A stretch of 64,000 nt of DNA from Octopus sinensis (GCF_006345805.1 NC_043003.1:18042001-18106000); one strand, 5' to 3'. Shown: positions 26,148 to 41,263, numbered from the stretch's first letter. Notes: a model not told the origin generated them from the sequence alone. Numbers and translations: made by a program.

Positions 26148-27223
26148 ATGTATGTATGTATATATATATATCTGTTTTTATTTGTTATTCTCCGTATATC
26201 CTAGTTATTCAGTGGAGTATTTGAAAGGAAATAGTTTCGAAATTGGAAATAACCCAAAGAAAAATCGCAATATTATTACTCTGATGTCTGTAAATGTATG
26301 AACCAGCGAAATGCCATAAGAATATTATACAGAATAATAAGGAAACTATTGTAATGGATGTTTCTTTGTTAGATTTGCCAGCAGACAACTTATAGAAATT
26401 CCAACAGAATCATTTACCATCGACCTAAAAAATATGTAATATATATTTTACGATCCGGTTTTAACGTTCATATACAGATAGCTGTGTTGTATGTCTACAT
26501 ATATAAGCACGTATGTATGTGTGTTTGGCGTGTATGTAAACATATATATATATATATATATATAGTGGTTACGGTGTTGCACTCACGATCTCTAGATCGC
26601 AGGTCATGAGATCGATTCCTGGACCGGGCGGCGCATTGTGTTCTTTAGCAAAACACTTCATTTCACATTGGTTTAATCACCCTTTCGATCGGATGTGACT
26701 GGGGTGATGTTGGCCTGTTCGCCTAATCAGTGGTATGGCGTCTTTCTATGGAGACAAAAGGGTGTATAAGACTGAAAAAAAGTGCTCAAATAAAATTGAG
26801 ACAGAGGTAAAAAAAGAAAAAAAAAGAACATTGGTTAGAGGACAAACATGAAATTCGGGCTAACGAATTTATATAACACCACGCTTCCATACATTTGATC
26901 ATATATAAATATTACCATGGCTTTTAACATATAAAAATAATACATATATAAAAAAAACACAGACGGTAAAAAATATATATGCAAATAAAAATACAAATAT
27001 ACAGAACGGCCTATCAAGAAGGTACATACAATCGACTAAAACTAAAGCAATCCAATGAATTACTAAAGCGTGTCAAGCGACTAAAGATCTAAATAAAAAT
27101 ATGAATTGACTAAAAAATTTTTTTACTCCCCTCAAAAATATGGCAAAAAAGAGAATTCCACAAAATCAAGTCAAAACACATCTATGGCCATTTCGGGATG
27201 AACGACTTTCTGAGATTCCTGTT

Positions 27224-27308
27224 CATCCTGATGAGGGGGGTCATTGTCGAGATGCACCTTAACTCTTAATCGGACCGCGGCAATGAACTCCCGAAATGGC
27301 CATAGATG
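27224..27308 (+). ncRNA. Type I hammerhead ribozyme with canonical CUGAUGA core and 15-bp stem II
   Basis: CATC-CTGATGA-GGGGGGTCATTGTCG...CGGCAATGAACTCCC-GAAA-TGGCCAT-A-GATG. Palindromic stem III ATGGCCAT. Its 3' half is copied in inverted orientation at 27157-27198. Confidence 0.75.
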
Positions 27309-27367
27309 TGTTTTGACTTGATTTTGTGGACTTTTCTTACGCTCCTGGACTACCATATATATATATA

Positions 27368-27649
27368 GGTTAGGGCAGCGGACTCGCGGTCGGAGGATGG
27401 CGGTTTCGATTCCCAGACCGGGCGTTATGAGTGTTTACTGAGTGAAAACACCTAAAGCTTCACGAGGCTCCGGCAGGGCGTGGTGGCGATCCCTGCTGTA
27501 CTCTTTCGCCACAACTTTCTCTCACTCTTTCTTCTGTTGGCCTGCTCGCTTAGCCAGCGGGGTGGCGTCATTTGAAGACTAAAACAATGCGAAGCGCATT
27601 GTGACCAGCGATGTGTAGCAACATCTGATAGCCTGGTCGGTCACGTGAT

Positions 27650-27657
<8 letters not shown>
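27368..27657 (+). mobile_element. SINE family A (tail type 4); other copies at 32554-32798 and 47099-47410
   Basis: Tail ggcctgctcgcttagccagcgggg...ctggtcggtcacgtgat. The 32554 copy has a 14-bp TSD, atatatgtgattag. Confidence 0.85.
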
Positions 27658-27691
<34 letters not shown>

Positions 27692-27892
27692 ATTAAAAGT
27701 AAAAGAATAAAAGACCCATATATACATTACATACATAACATACATACATACATAACATACATATATACATACATACATACATACATACATAGTTAATCCA
27801 AACATGAAAACACAAAGAGAAAACACAACAACACGAGGACGTGGAACAAGTATAGTATTATTGGACGCTCAGGAAAGAAGGAAAGAAGGAGG

Positions 27893-27926
27893 GTTTAACG
27901 TTTCGAGCGGAGCTCTTCGTCAAAAA
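27893..27926 (-). ncRNA. Degenerate minimal hammerhead-like motif
   Basis: Minus strand GTT-TTGACGA-A-GAGC(tcc)GCTC-GAAA-CGT-T-AAAC; homologous to 13561-13595. Confidence 0.45.
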
Positions 27927-28597
27927 CATAGGAAAAGGAAAGATCCAAAGAATGGAAGACGGAGGAAAAAATCGCCAACGAAACACACGCGGTCACTACA
28001 TACATACATACATACATACATACATACATACATACATACATACATACATACATACATACATACATACGACGGGCTTCTTTCAATGTCTATCTACCAAACC
28101 AACTCACAAGGTTTGCTATAGCAGAAGACACTTGCCGAATGGACCACGCAGTAGTATTGAACCCAAGACCATATGGTTGGGAAGCAAGCTTCTTGACCAC
28201 ACAACCATGCCTACATCCACATGTTCATTTGCATTCCTCGTTGTTAACTTTTCAGCATTCATTTTACCTTCCATGCTAAAACGTATCAGCCGAAATAATA
28301 TTCTAAGGAGTGTCTGCGAACTTGACATCGTGCCAAAAAAACATCCAGGCTGTTATCATCATATGCTGCGAAGAACAAGTTCAGACAACAAATGCTAGCA
28401 CTGAAATCGCTTCCTAAAGTAAAGTAGACCATCGTGAGATGTTTTTGTAATGTTAAATGATAACCAGATATGCTTACGCTAGAATGAACGTGAAAACAAG
28501 GCGCTAAAATAAGTCAATTTAGAATGGAGAAATGAAAACATACCCAACATCAACTATCACTAAAATAGAATAATATAACACACATAACACACACACT

Positions 28598-28642
<45 letters not shown>

Positions 28643-28749
28643 AAACACAGACAAAACCAAACCCACACACCCACGCATACAACCACTCTACAAACACGCA
28701 CCTACACACGCACTTACACGTACTCACTCTTACAAACATGGAAAAGCTC

Positions 28750-28812
<63 letters not shown>

Positions 28813-29439
28813 TAATAATGAAATTATAGTATACAGTGCTCAGGTGCACCACAACTTGTCAAAAATGCGTATAAAGCATATGCGGTAATGTGCAAATGTC
28901 TGGAAAGTGAACAGTGTATGAGTCAGATACATGCTTGCGTGTGTATGGAGGGGAGAAAATCAGGTCTAGTGTTGGCGAATCTCAGGAAGCATGGAAGTTT
29001 TGAAGGATGCAGTGCTCCGACAACTAACAACTGATGCCGGGAGTTTGTTCCATACCTCAGCAACTCTTGGCGTGAAAAAATGTTTCCGAAAGTCATGGGA
29101 GCTGTGCTGTTTTCTGACTTTGTAAACATGTCTTAATATTGATTTAACTCCAGGCCAGAATGAATGAATTTCTGTATGGTCACTCGAACTACTAGAAATA
29201 ACAGTAAAATGATCCTCAAACTGCATCTTATGAAGTATTAAAAAACAAAAGAAGAAAACAGCAACGAACGTATTGGGTGATGTAGTCTTTAATACACCGT
29301 GTCCGCAAAATTAAATGAATTCGACCGGTTGGTGATGTGTAGGATACCTTTGATCGTGGATATGCTCCATAAGGAGTCAGGTTGGGCTAAACAACAGCAA
29401 TCACAACAACAACATAATATTGGTTTCACTACACAGTCT

Positions 29440-29885
29440 TTATTAGAGGGGGGAAGAGGAGGACGTGGTGGTGGTGGTGGTGGTGGTGGTGGTGGTGGAG
29501 AAGGAGGGGAGGAGGGGGAGGAGGAGAGGGGGAAGAGGGAAGGAGGATAGGCAAGTGTGGAAAGATGAACAAGAGAAGCAAAAGGGGTAAGATGGAGAGC
29601 ATGAGGAGGAGGATGAGGAGGAAGGGGCGGAGAGGAGGAGGAAGGGGCGGAGAGGAGGAGGAGGACAACGACGACGACGGCGAGGACGATGACGATCAAG
29701 AGGAAGCAGCGGATGAAGAGGAGCAAGAGAAGAAGAAGGAGCAAGACGAGAAGGATGAGTAGCAAGAGGAAGGGCAGGAGGAGCAAGAGCAAGAGGATGA
29801 GAGGCAAGAGCAAGAGGAGAAGCAAGAGGAGAAGCAGGAGAAGAAGGAGAGTGAGGAGAAAGAAGACCAGAGAAGGAGAGAACTT
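29440..29885. repeat. Purine-rich low-complexity tract (GGT/GGA/GAC/AAG triplets)
   Basis: Compound trinucleotide repeats; the ORFs over it are homopolymeric. Confidence 0.85.
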
Positions 29886-30800
29886 AATGTTTAAACGTTT
29901 CGCTAACGTTCAGCCTCCATACTTTTTTTCGTTGACACAAGACGACTGACTGAAGATGGAGAAGGAACGGAGTGATTTTTACCACAGTCCTCGGAGCGGC
30001 ACCAAATGATGCAACTTGTGACGCTCTGAGAAAAAGCAGCTGCTGTTTTTTTTTGTTTTGTTTTGTTTTGTTTTTTTGCTTCCTAAGATGCAAAATCGCT
30101 TTTTCTCTTTCTCTGCCTTTCCACCTCCTTTGGACACAAAACCCTGAAATAAAACTTACCGCAACACTTGTAATAGCTGGACTTTCAGCTTCACACTGCC
30201 AGTTTTTTTCACAATGAAGAACAGCTCTGGAATACTTTAGTAGTCTTTCTGGGTCATTAATGCTTGCATGTCTAATTAACGGACCGAACTCGACCTCCTG
30301 CAATTTTTTATCACTTCGACACTCACCTTTTATCTGTACTGAAAAGATAATGTCGACCCAAAGGTTAATGCCGCAGGCAATGTTCTTTGCTGTGACGGTC
30401 ATGTTGTGTCTTTCCATGTATTGTGGAATTAGTTTATGGACACTAGACATACGCTTTGCCCTCAATTTCCTGGTCACTGTCTTCCTGGTTATCTTAGTCA
30501 ATGGTTTCCTGATCGTCGTCTCAAGATAGTATGGACGGTGTCCTTCGCTGAGTCCGGTGTTGCTACTAGTATTTCTTCGTGAACAGCAGTGAACAGTGTC
30601 TCACCACAACGTCCTGCTATTACTGTTGCTGTCTGTATTGTTCCTTACCTTTCAGCTTCTTTAACACTTCTGAGCAGAAAGCACTTAAGCGGACATTCCT
30701 GACGTATATATACTAACTAGACTATTCCTCCTACTCTGTATGTAGTAACTGCTCTATTCCTCTAATCTTAAACAGTAGCATAGCTAGGGTGGATACAGGA

Positions 30801-31030
30801 GGGCGGCGAGCTGGCAGAATCGTTAGCACACCGGGCGAAATGCTTAGCAGTATTTCGTCTGCCGCTACGTTCTGAGTTCAAATTCCGCCGAGGTCGACTT
30901 TGCCTTTCATCCTTTCGGGGTCGATTAAATAAGTACCAGTTACGCACTGGGGTCGATATAATCGACTTAATCTGTTTGTCGGTCCTTGTTTGTCATCTCT
31001 GTGTTTAGCCCCTTGTGGGTAGTAAAGAAA
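30801..31030 (+). mobile_element. Full-length SINE family C with 16-bp TSD
   Basis: TSD tagggtgg(a/g)tacagga at 30785-30800 and 31031-31046. Head ggcggcgagctggcagaa with B box gagttcaaattcc. Other copies lie near 32220-32540, 56170, 57203-57428, 59016 and 61570. Confidence 0.9.
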
Positions 31031-32989
31031 TAGGGTGGGTACAGGAAGCCGTCTGCCCCAGGAGATGCTTCTATAGGGCAGCTCTTTTGGATCTACTGTA
31101 TAAGCCTGTATAGGCTCGAGGGCCCGGAAGGGAGGATAACTCAAGGGCTGCCTCTGGCGGCACATTATCTACGCCATTGATCTTAAAGTTTTTCTCTCCA
31201 AAATCGAGTTGTTGTCTTCGTGTGCTATCAGAACTTATATGTCAGTAGAAAGCCCTACACCAGCCCTCACCACCTGCCCATATTGTGTGACAAACTTGAC
31301 AATGGACTAAGAGTAACGTCAGCCCGACGACTATCACGGCGACTCGTATTTCTTCGCTTCGTATTTTGGTGGATTAGTTTATGAACAGAATCCTGACGTC
31401 CATGCTCACCTTGCCTCATGAACACGTTCTCGGTTTTAAACAGGACACAAATAAATCTATATAACAAGCCCTACCCAGTAGACGAGATCTCGTGTCACGT
31501 ATCAGCAAAGCTGTCTTTAACTGACCTTTTGATAACACAAAGAAGGGCTCTATATCATTAGAAATACACAATTAAGTCGCTTCCCTCTGTCGTTTCCCAC
31601 GCTTGTGTGATGGCTTCAGGTAGAACGCAGTTGTTTGTTTTGGTAGCAAAGTGTTGGCAAACACTCTCGTCTTTCAGTTACATGGGCCATATCTAGAGTC
31701 CGTCTCTTGCTTGTAATGTCAGCAACGCTCGCTTCTAGGTTACTGAAATTGTGTGGCTGATATCAGAAATTTCAGGAATATTTTCATAAGGCAAAATGCA
31801 TGCGTCTAGTCGTAATAGCTGCAGTAGTAGCAGCAGCAGCATTGCAAATGTTCAAGTAAACATCACTTCCACTTTGAAACCAATTTTTTTTTTTATCCTT
31901 ATGAAAACTTTACGTTCTTCTATGTAGTTATTAGTTTTTTTGTCTTAATGTATTCAACGTGGATGTTGTCTTTATGGCTTGACGCCATCTTGCTTTGAGT
32001 GTAAACACAAATGAAATTATTTTTAAAATTCTGTAATATTACAAGTCTTGTTTTTCATTCGATATGTGAGTGGAGAGTGGACGGTGGAGTGACGACCGTA
32101 ATATTCTAGATGCATTCGCTGATGAAAATATTTAAAACTTAATGAGTTTTTCTTCAGTTATTGGTAAATATCCAAATTCTGCAGAGCGATAAGTCAGCAA
32201 ACAGCAACACCAATAAAAATCCTTTCTACTAAAGGCACAAGGCCTGAAATTTTGTGGGAGGGGACTAGTCAATTACATCGACCCCAGTGTTTCACTGGTA
32301 CTAAATTTATCGACTCTGAAAGGATGAAAGGCTAAGTCGACCTCGGCGGAATTTGAATTCGTCTGCCGTTACGTTCTGAGTTCAAATTCTGCCGAAGTCG
32401 ACTTTGCCTTTCATCCTTTCGGGGTCGATAAATTAAGTACCAGTTACGCACTGGGGTCGATGTAATCGACTTAATCCGTTTGTCTGTCCTTGTTTGTCCC
32501 TTCTGTGTTTAGCCCATTGTGGGTAGTAAAGAAATAGGTATATATGTGATTAGGTGGAGGCGCAATGGCCCAGTGGTTAGGGCAGCGGAGTTGCGGTCGT
32601 AGGATCGCGGTTTCGATTCCCAGACCGGGCGTTGTGAGTGTCTAAAAAGCTCCACGAGGCTCCGGTAGGGGGTGGTGGTGATACCTGCAGTACTCTTTCG
32701 TCACAACTTTCTCTCACTCATTTGAAGGCTAAAACAATGCGAAGCGCATTGTGACCAGCGATGTGTAGCAATATCTGATGGCCTGGTCGGTCACGGTGAT
32801 ATATGTGATTAGATCGAATTATCGTCTCCGTTGTATTATTGACAAGGCCTTTACTCGAACGCAGAATGATGAAAGCTAAAGTTGGCTCCAACAACAGAAC
32901 TCATAATAATGAACCCCCTTACTTGTAGCGAACCCAGTAATTTATCAAAAGGTTTGGTAAAAAGCGAGTGACATACAACTGAATAGCAG

Positions 32990-33660
32990 GACAATGGGGT
33001 GACAGCCGATTAAATGTCAACCAAATGGGCGAAAGCCAATCATAGCATCGATTTTCTTCTCTATATCATTCAGATTCCAAGGCAAGCCTATCCCTATGAG
33101 AGGTCTCCGAAAAAATTCGAAAGATTTTATAGGCAATTTCTGCAACTTCCAAGACACGATTCCACCAACTTGGTGTTTGAGGATGAGTGTAGAATCCAGG
33201 TGTATATTTTAAAATGATATTTAAGTCAAAACTCTGGAAAGGATACAAATTATATTTTTCTTTAGTTGTGTGCTCATGTCACAATAACTACAAGATTAAA
33301 ACTTATGCTGCCGAGACAATAAAAACATATATCGGTCTGGTCGCAAATATCTTCAGGGTCCACTTCATACAATACATCACCTCTTTCAATGGTAGCGAAC
33401 AACAAGTCTACCTCACTTTCAAAAATCATTTGGAACCTGAAGGATCGCGTCGTCACGAAACCAATTATCTGATGGAGAGTTGCTGTAAGAGCAAAACAGT
33501 ACAGTGGGCGAGGTAGCGTATGCAGTCTGTGCACCACGGAAATGCTGACGGTGTTAAGTTTACAAACAAACATCCTTAGCAAAGGGAAAGAAACATTTCC
33601 ACTTGTCTGTACACAAAACCCTTCAAAGTACAAGCCTTCAGGCACATCCATGTTCCGACC
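32990..33660 (+). mobile_element. Degenerate PLE GIY-YIG endonuclease region (second PLE lineage)
   Basis: KTYIGLVAN.FRV.FIQYITSF, KIIWNLKDR, WRVAVRAKQYSGRGSVCSLCTTEMLTVL, preceded by a CN......ECR linker; frameshifted. Confidence 0.65.
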
Positions 33661-35009
33661 AAACACCAAATTCAATCCAACTAAACCACTTCTCCGCTTG
33701 ATCCACTCCATCCTTTTTCCCTGTCGCCAATCTCTCGCCACATACAACCATTTACATCACTGCATCATTTACAACTTCAGAAAGCCGGCCGAGAGCAGTT
33801 TACAAAACCACGCACTACTACACTAAATACACAAAACACGATTGTAGGCATCAGTTAATGTTACAGGGATGCTTGACAAAACCTATTAATATCCAGTCTC
33901 CCATTTCTGACAAAGATTAAATACAGCCCTCGAACAATGAAAATATAAAACAAAACCGAAAAAAGAACACATTGGTATGGGATATGGCGCCGCAAAAGCG
34001 TACACTGTACATTCCACCTAAGAAAAGATGTCGTGCATACCTCGGCAGCTAGTTCTTGGGTGTTGTTCAGCCATTGTTTGTGGTTGTTCACCATGTGTCT
34101 ATACTTAACTATTTATAGTTGCGTCCAAAGCAATGCGGTCATTATTATTTATTATTTAACTGGGCGTGCATGAGCATTTAATACGTTGCAGTTATTACTA
34201 TTCCACTCTGTCTACAGTTATGAACATTTTGCAACTGTTTTGACATCTGTATTCATCGAAGGGGAAATGAAATTTCTATCCTTTTCATGAGTTAATTTCC
34301 GTAAAAAGAAAAACAAGATGGAATCAAATATAAGTCGGAAGTTTTTATTTCATTTTTGTTTTGGTTTGTGAGCGCGTGTTTTAAGCCAGGAGATAAAAAC
34401 ATTTGAAAATTAAATGTAATAATACAAAATAAGTTGAAGAGATTTGTGATGTATTTACGAAAGAGATATAATTTATTGCTGAAACGAAGATAAATTTAAA
34501 TACTTTTCCAACGAAACATGTCTTTAACCGTAATTTTGGCTAACCACTATATATTTTGGCGAGCAGTAGTTTAACCAATCCGACTGGCGAATGTTACCAA
34601 ATCTGTTCTACTGGCAGGAAACCCAGAGTATCGGTTGTGGTACACTAAATGGAACGCACATAATATACGTGTGTGTATGTGTGTGTGTGTGTGTCTGTCT
34701 GTCTGTCTGTCTATCTGTCTGTCTGTCTATCTGTCTGTCTGTTTGTCTGTCTGTATGAGTGTGTGTAAATGTGTATAGGTGTATGTACATTAGCGTGTGT
34801 ACGCGTTTGGTGGTATAAACAAGAGAAACAAAAACTCAATAAACAAACAGAATTAAACTTCATAGCTAATGAGTACTCAATGATCGTTGGACAGTTTTAT
34901 GTTATCTATTATAAGCTGAAAACCTCCCTGGCTGTTATCCAGAGTTTAATGTTCCCGATCTTCGGACGATAGGAAATGAAAGATTCAACGTAGTAGTTAG
35001 TGAAATTTA

Positions 35010-35055
35010 TACATGCATACATACATACATACATACATACATACACACACACACA

Positions 35056-35086
<31 letters not shown>

Positions 35087-36135
35087 TACATACATACATA
35101 CATACATACATACATACATGCATGCATGCATACATACATACACACATGCATACATTGAAACATACATACATACATACATACATACATACATGCATGCATG
35201 CATGCATGCATGCATGCATACATACATACATGCATACATACATACATACATACATACATAATACATACATACATACATACATACATACATGCATGCATGC
35301 ATACATACATACTACATACATACATACATACATACATACATGCATGCATGCATACATACATACATACATACATACATGACCTGTTTCATTTTTTTAAACA
35401 GCGGCCATGCTGGGGCACCGCCTTGAAGGACTTTAATGGACCAAATTTTCTCCAGTACTAAAGTTGAGCTCTTATTTTATTGGTCTCTTTTGTCAAACTG
35501 CTACATTACAGGAGCGCAGATATACCGACACTAGTTGTCAAGTGGTGAGAACAGAAGAACGTAAACACAAAGATACACACACACAACACACACACGCGCA
35601 CACACACACACACAACACACATACATACATACATACATACATACATACATACATACATGCATGCATGCATACATACATACACACATGCATACATTGAAAC
35701 ACATACATACATACATACTACATACATACATACATACATGCATGCATGCATGCATGCATGCATGCATGCATACATACATACATGCATACATACATACATA
35801 CATACATACATAATACATACATACATACATACATACATACATGCATGCATGCATACATACATACATACATACATACATACATACATACATACATGCATGC
35901 ATGCATACATACATACATACATACATACATGACCTGTTTCATTTTTTTAAACAGCGGCCATGCTGGGGCACCGCCTTGAAGGACTTTAATGGACCAAATT
36001 TTCTCCAGTACTAAAGTTGAGCTCTTATTTTATTGGTCTCTTTTGTCAAACTGCTACATTACAGGAGCGCAGATATACCGACACTAGTTGTCAAGTGGTG
36101 AGAACAGAAGAACGTAAACACAAAGATACACACAC
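35010..36135. repeat. 553-bp near-identical tandem duplication (degenerate SINE D tail + (CATA)n/(CATG)n)
   Basis: The ~205-bp unique block at 35378 and 35931 is identical, and idiosyncratic microsatellite interruptions (tacattgaaac, cataatacat) are repeated. Confidence 0.9.
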
Positions 36136-36237
36136 ACAAACACACACACGCGCACACACACACACACACACACATACATACATACATACATACATACATA
36201 CATACATACATACATACATACATACATACATACATGC

Positions 36238-36280
<43 letters not shown>

Positions 36281-36695
36281 GTTTCCTTTGCCTTTCATCC
36301 TTTCGGGGTGGATAAATTCAGTACCAGTTGCGTACTGGGTCGATCTAATCGACTGGCACCCTCCCCAAAAATTTTTGGTCTTGTGCCTAGAGTATAGAAA
36401 GGAATACAAACAATTATACAAAAAAAATGCAGAGTTATTTCCCTTGGCTTATTTTATTTTCTAACATTTTATGACATCGCAAATTTAGGTAAGGAGAAAC
36501 GGTTGATTATATCGACCTTGGCACCTGACTGATATCAATTTTATCGACCTCGTTCTTCGCAAAAATGATAATTTAACTTGACCTCGACAGAATTTGAATT
36601 GCGAAAAATAATGAAATGTAACTAAATTCCGCAGAACTTTTTGTCCGCTGATCTCCTAATTCTGTTATTCACAGAATTATTATTGGTGATGAAAA

Positions 36696-37085
36696 TCTTT
36701 ATATATAAAAGTGAAGTTGTGTGTCTGTCTCCTATGATTTAGATTCCTAACTACTTCCACATTTTGCGGTGCAGTTTAACCAAAACCGGATATCTTATAG
36801 TCGTGATTCATATCGAGCCCTTCTGGGTATTAGCGCGCGTCTACGATGAGTCTACGATTTTTAAAAAAATTTACCATCATTTTTTTTCCATTTTAATGCA
36901 TTTTTTTCGCTATTTTATAAGGGAAGTAACTCTCTAAAAATGTGTACGATGAGTCAACGATTTTTTAAAAAATTTACCATAATTTTTTTTCCATTTTTAA
37001 TGCATTTTTTTGGCTATAACTCTCTAAAAATGCTTATATAGTTATTTCCCTTACAAACCCGAGCAACGCCGGGCGATACTGCTAG
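36696..37085 (+). mobile_element. Non-autonomous Helitron, 390 bp
   Basis: A|TC 5' end (tctttatatataaaagt) and a 3' hairpin cccgagcaacgccggg followed by CTAG|T. Confidence 0.85.
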
Positions 37086-37126
37086 TGATTAATAAAACAC
37101 GAAAAGGGCAACGTAAATTTTATGAC

Positions 37127-37560
37127 AGCATCGGTTTCTTCGTCTCCGTTTTCCCCTACCTTATATAGCTGGCATGCATCTACCACCTTCTGTTCACTCA
37201 CAGCTACATCAAGCCACACTCAACTTACAACAGCTACTTCTACCGCTTCCTTATATTTCTTACTATCACCATCACCACCTCCACCACCAACATTATAGCC
37301 TTCCATATTTTCTTACTTTGGTCGCTCTTTCCTCGAATATCATCGCATTTCTCACCTCCTCCTCCTTTCACTCCTAAACGCCACTCCGTCTTCCTCTCTT
37401 CATCCTTTTTCCCCACTCTTGAATTTCTTCCTCATTTTTCTTACCTATTTACTTCCCTTTTCCTTCCTAACATGCCTTTCACCCCCTCCCCACCTTCTCT
37501 CTCTCTCTAAAACTATTTCCTCTCTCTTACTTTCTCTCTCCTTTTCTCTTCTTCTACTTC
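37127..37560. repeat. ~430-bp pyrimidine-rich repeat; second, highly similar copy at 50540-50975
   Basis: atgacagcatcggtttc.tcgtctccgttttcccctacc...cttcctaacatgcctt is shared. Confidence 0.9.
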
Positions 37561-37670
37561 TAATTTATATTGCTTGTTACTCTCTCCAATATCTCTCTTT
37601 CTTTCTCTCCTCCTCTCTTCCTTCTCCTTTCTCTTTTTCTGTCTATCTATCTACCTATCTGTCTATCTAT

Positions 37671-37733
<63 letters not shown>

Positions 37734-37829
37734 CCAACCTACCTATCTACCTACCTACCTACCTATCGATCTGTCTGTCTATCTATCTATCTCTCTACCT
37801 ACCTATCTATCTATCTATCTATCTATCTA

Positions 37830-37864
<35 letters not shown>

Positions 37865-38241
37865 GTTTGTCTATCTGTCTATCTATACCCCCACACACAC
37901 ATCCTTTCTCTCTCACTCTCTCTCTCTCACTCCCCTTCTCTCTCTCTCCCTCTCTTCCTCTCCACTTTCTTGATCCTTTCATCTCAATTTACCTTTCTTA
38001 TGTCGTTATTACACCTTATTCAATCATTATTTTTCTTTGCTTATTTTTATATACACTTAGTTTTATCGGTTGGGGCAGCGCCTTCCAACTTTTGATGCAG
38101 AAATATTTAATCTTGCCAGCAATAAGTGGAAACTTATAGCTTGTTACTCTTGTCTATTTCAGCTACCACCCTGCAAGAATGCAGACCTGCAAACTCGCAT
38201 ACACATATCCAAATGCTCAAACTGATATGTATGCTTATAAA

Positions 38242-38298
<57 letters not shown>

Positions 38299-38371
38299 GG
38301 ATATATATAAATTATACATATGCATATATATATATATATATATATATTTACATATTTATATATACATACAC

Positions 38372-38456
<85 letters not shown>

Positions 38457-38751
38457 TTATGAGTACATATATTTATACAAATTCACAGAGATATGTTTCA
38501 TGTAGCCAAGATAGTTGCTCTAATTAATGGCATATGTCACGAAAATCTACATGAATCTCTGTATTGTGTGTGTGTGTGTGTTGTGTGTGTGTGTGTGAGT
38601 GTGTGTGCTCACGTAATTATATATCAGGATTGCTAATCACAACTACTGGACCTACACTGTGTAAATAATACAACCCGAACAGACACGCGTGCATACACAC
38701 ACACAGATATAGACACACACACACACACATATATATATATACTCACACATC

Positions 38752-38789
<38 letters not shown>

Positions 38790-39149
38790 ACAGATCGTGT
38801 GAGACAATGAAAAGAACGAGAGTTTAATTTGATTCACTTTCGTTTCTGTAGCATAAACTATTTCTATGAGCAGCAAACTTTCGTTGCAAATTTTTCAAAT
38901 TTTTCAAAACCAAATTTATGCGTACTTTGCCAGGAATCGATCACAGTAATTTTTTTACTGTGGACAGTTTGTGTGGTTGACGCTGTGGCGTAAAGGAATT
39001 ACAAAAATACAGAATATACACACACATATGGACATACACACTCGCACGGACACACACACACACGCACGCACGCACACACACATGTACATGTATGTATGTA
39101 TATATATATACACACACATGTATATGTAAGTATGTATATATATATATGC

Positions 39150-39184
<35 letters not shown>

Positions 39185-39319
39185 TGTGTTTATATATGTA
39201 TGTGTAAGATGCGTATGAATATACATATAATGTGTGTGTAATTACATACACACACACATATATATACATATATACATACACATATATATGTATACATTCA
39301 TATATATATATATATATGC

Positions 39320-39350
<31 letters not shown>

Positions 39351-39358
39351 TGTATGTA

Positions 39359-39415
<57 letters not shown>

Positions 39416-39702
39416 TACACATACACACGGGCACAGATATAAATGGCTGGGTAGGTGTACATATAGGTGTGGTACATCTGGCTGTATTATGGCGAGCAGT
39501 ATTTATAGATAACACGTAAATGCTGCTGTGTGTTCAACTCTGTACTTGAAAGTGTGCTTCGGTGTATGTATGACTGCATTTCACAACTGATCTCCAATTA
39601 AACCTACATATATATATATATATATATATATGATATATATAATTATATAATATATATATATATTATATGTATATATATATAATATATATATTATATATTA
39701 TA

Positions 39703-39764
<62 letters not shown>

Positions 39765-40394
39765 TGTAGGATATAGCATATATATAGCATATATAGTAAA
39801 ATGAAATGAACTACGGTTGAAACATTCCTGTCACAACCTGGGACCGTGAAGACCTTGCTTAAATGCAAGAAAGTATACTAGTCCTTTAATATTTGATATT
39901 CAATATTTCATCTATTCAATAAGACAATCAATACTTTATTTCATTTTACCATGTATACTAAATATACTATATATACTATATATCTATATCCTACATTAAT
40001 ATTATAAGAATATAAATAGAACATGAAAAACAGACAGAGTTGGAATTCCTTTGAATAATATATTCCTCTATACACAATCATACAAACCCCTTTATATTTA
40101 TATATATATATATATATATATATCCATGTTATAAATTCTGAGCGAACCACAGATTGTCGGAAAAGTTTCTGAAACCATTCTGAAACGCATACTGACTCGA
40201 AATCAAGTTATTTCATAAGCTTGTGTGCCTTGTGTGCCTTGTACCATTTTCGGTGAATTCCAGATAGTTGTAGAGTTGTTGCTGCGGCAGTCGAGAGGTG
40301 AAATGCGTAAATAAGTTAATCAAACTGTCTCAGTTCTTGCACATTTTATTTAAAGAAATGTTAGTGTAAAGAGCTAATAAGAATGGTTTGAGCC

Positions 40395-40494
<100 letters not shown>

Positions 40495-41034
40495 TTCGAG
40501 AATATTTGTGTATTAATTTCCACATATTTTTCAGTTATTTCTACATAAAACGAAATAAACAAATAAAGTTAATAATACAGACGACAAGAACTGTTAGATT
40601 CTAAGTTTACTTCGAATAAAAATATTCGTAGAAAGTATTGTTTTCTCGTTATTAAAACCTTTCTAAAAATTGGACTTTTATATGTAGAAACCAAAAATGT
40701 TCTTCTTCATTTAAGAAATATTCATTATTGACAGTATTTTTTTTCTGTTTACTGTTCATATTTGCAAAACATGCGTAGCTGCTTATGAAAGTTCAAATAT
40801 ATAAACACTTCGAAAAGCAGGACAAACATGCATGTTTACATACGTAAATACATACATACATAAATAAATACCTGCATGCATGCTCGCATTACTATAATTT
40901 GTTGTAAGTTAATATAATTATTTAAAATTTAATTATAATTTAAACAAGCAACAAAAAAGTTCGAAATGTCTGGGCGGTAAAATTTCAGAATATAAACAAA
41001 ATATTTTCGTAACTCGCAGTATAATAAATAACTC

Positions 41035-41095
<61 letters not shown>

Positions 41096-41229
41096 CACAC
41101 ACACAACACACACACAACACACACACACACATATATATATATTCAACGAAACATTATCAACAGATTTTTTTTCTACATATAATATAATGCAAACAACTGA
41201 ATTAATTGTTTTTAATTAACTAAAATATC

Positions 41230-41263
<34 letters not shown>

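Noticed and set aside
29289-29949. Poly-G/E/R/P/H ORFs
   Set aside because: Compound trinucleotide low-complexity sequence open on both strands, with no domain or splice evidence.
29884-31467. Minus-strand ORFs sharing SVHKLI (30240-30540, 31267-31467), possible RTE endonuclease remnants
   Set aside because: Only a vague resemblance to APE motifs; cannot be supported without a profile search.
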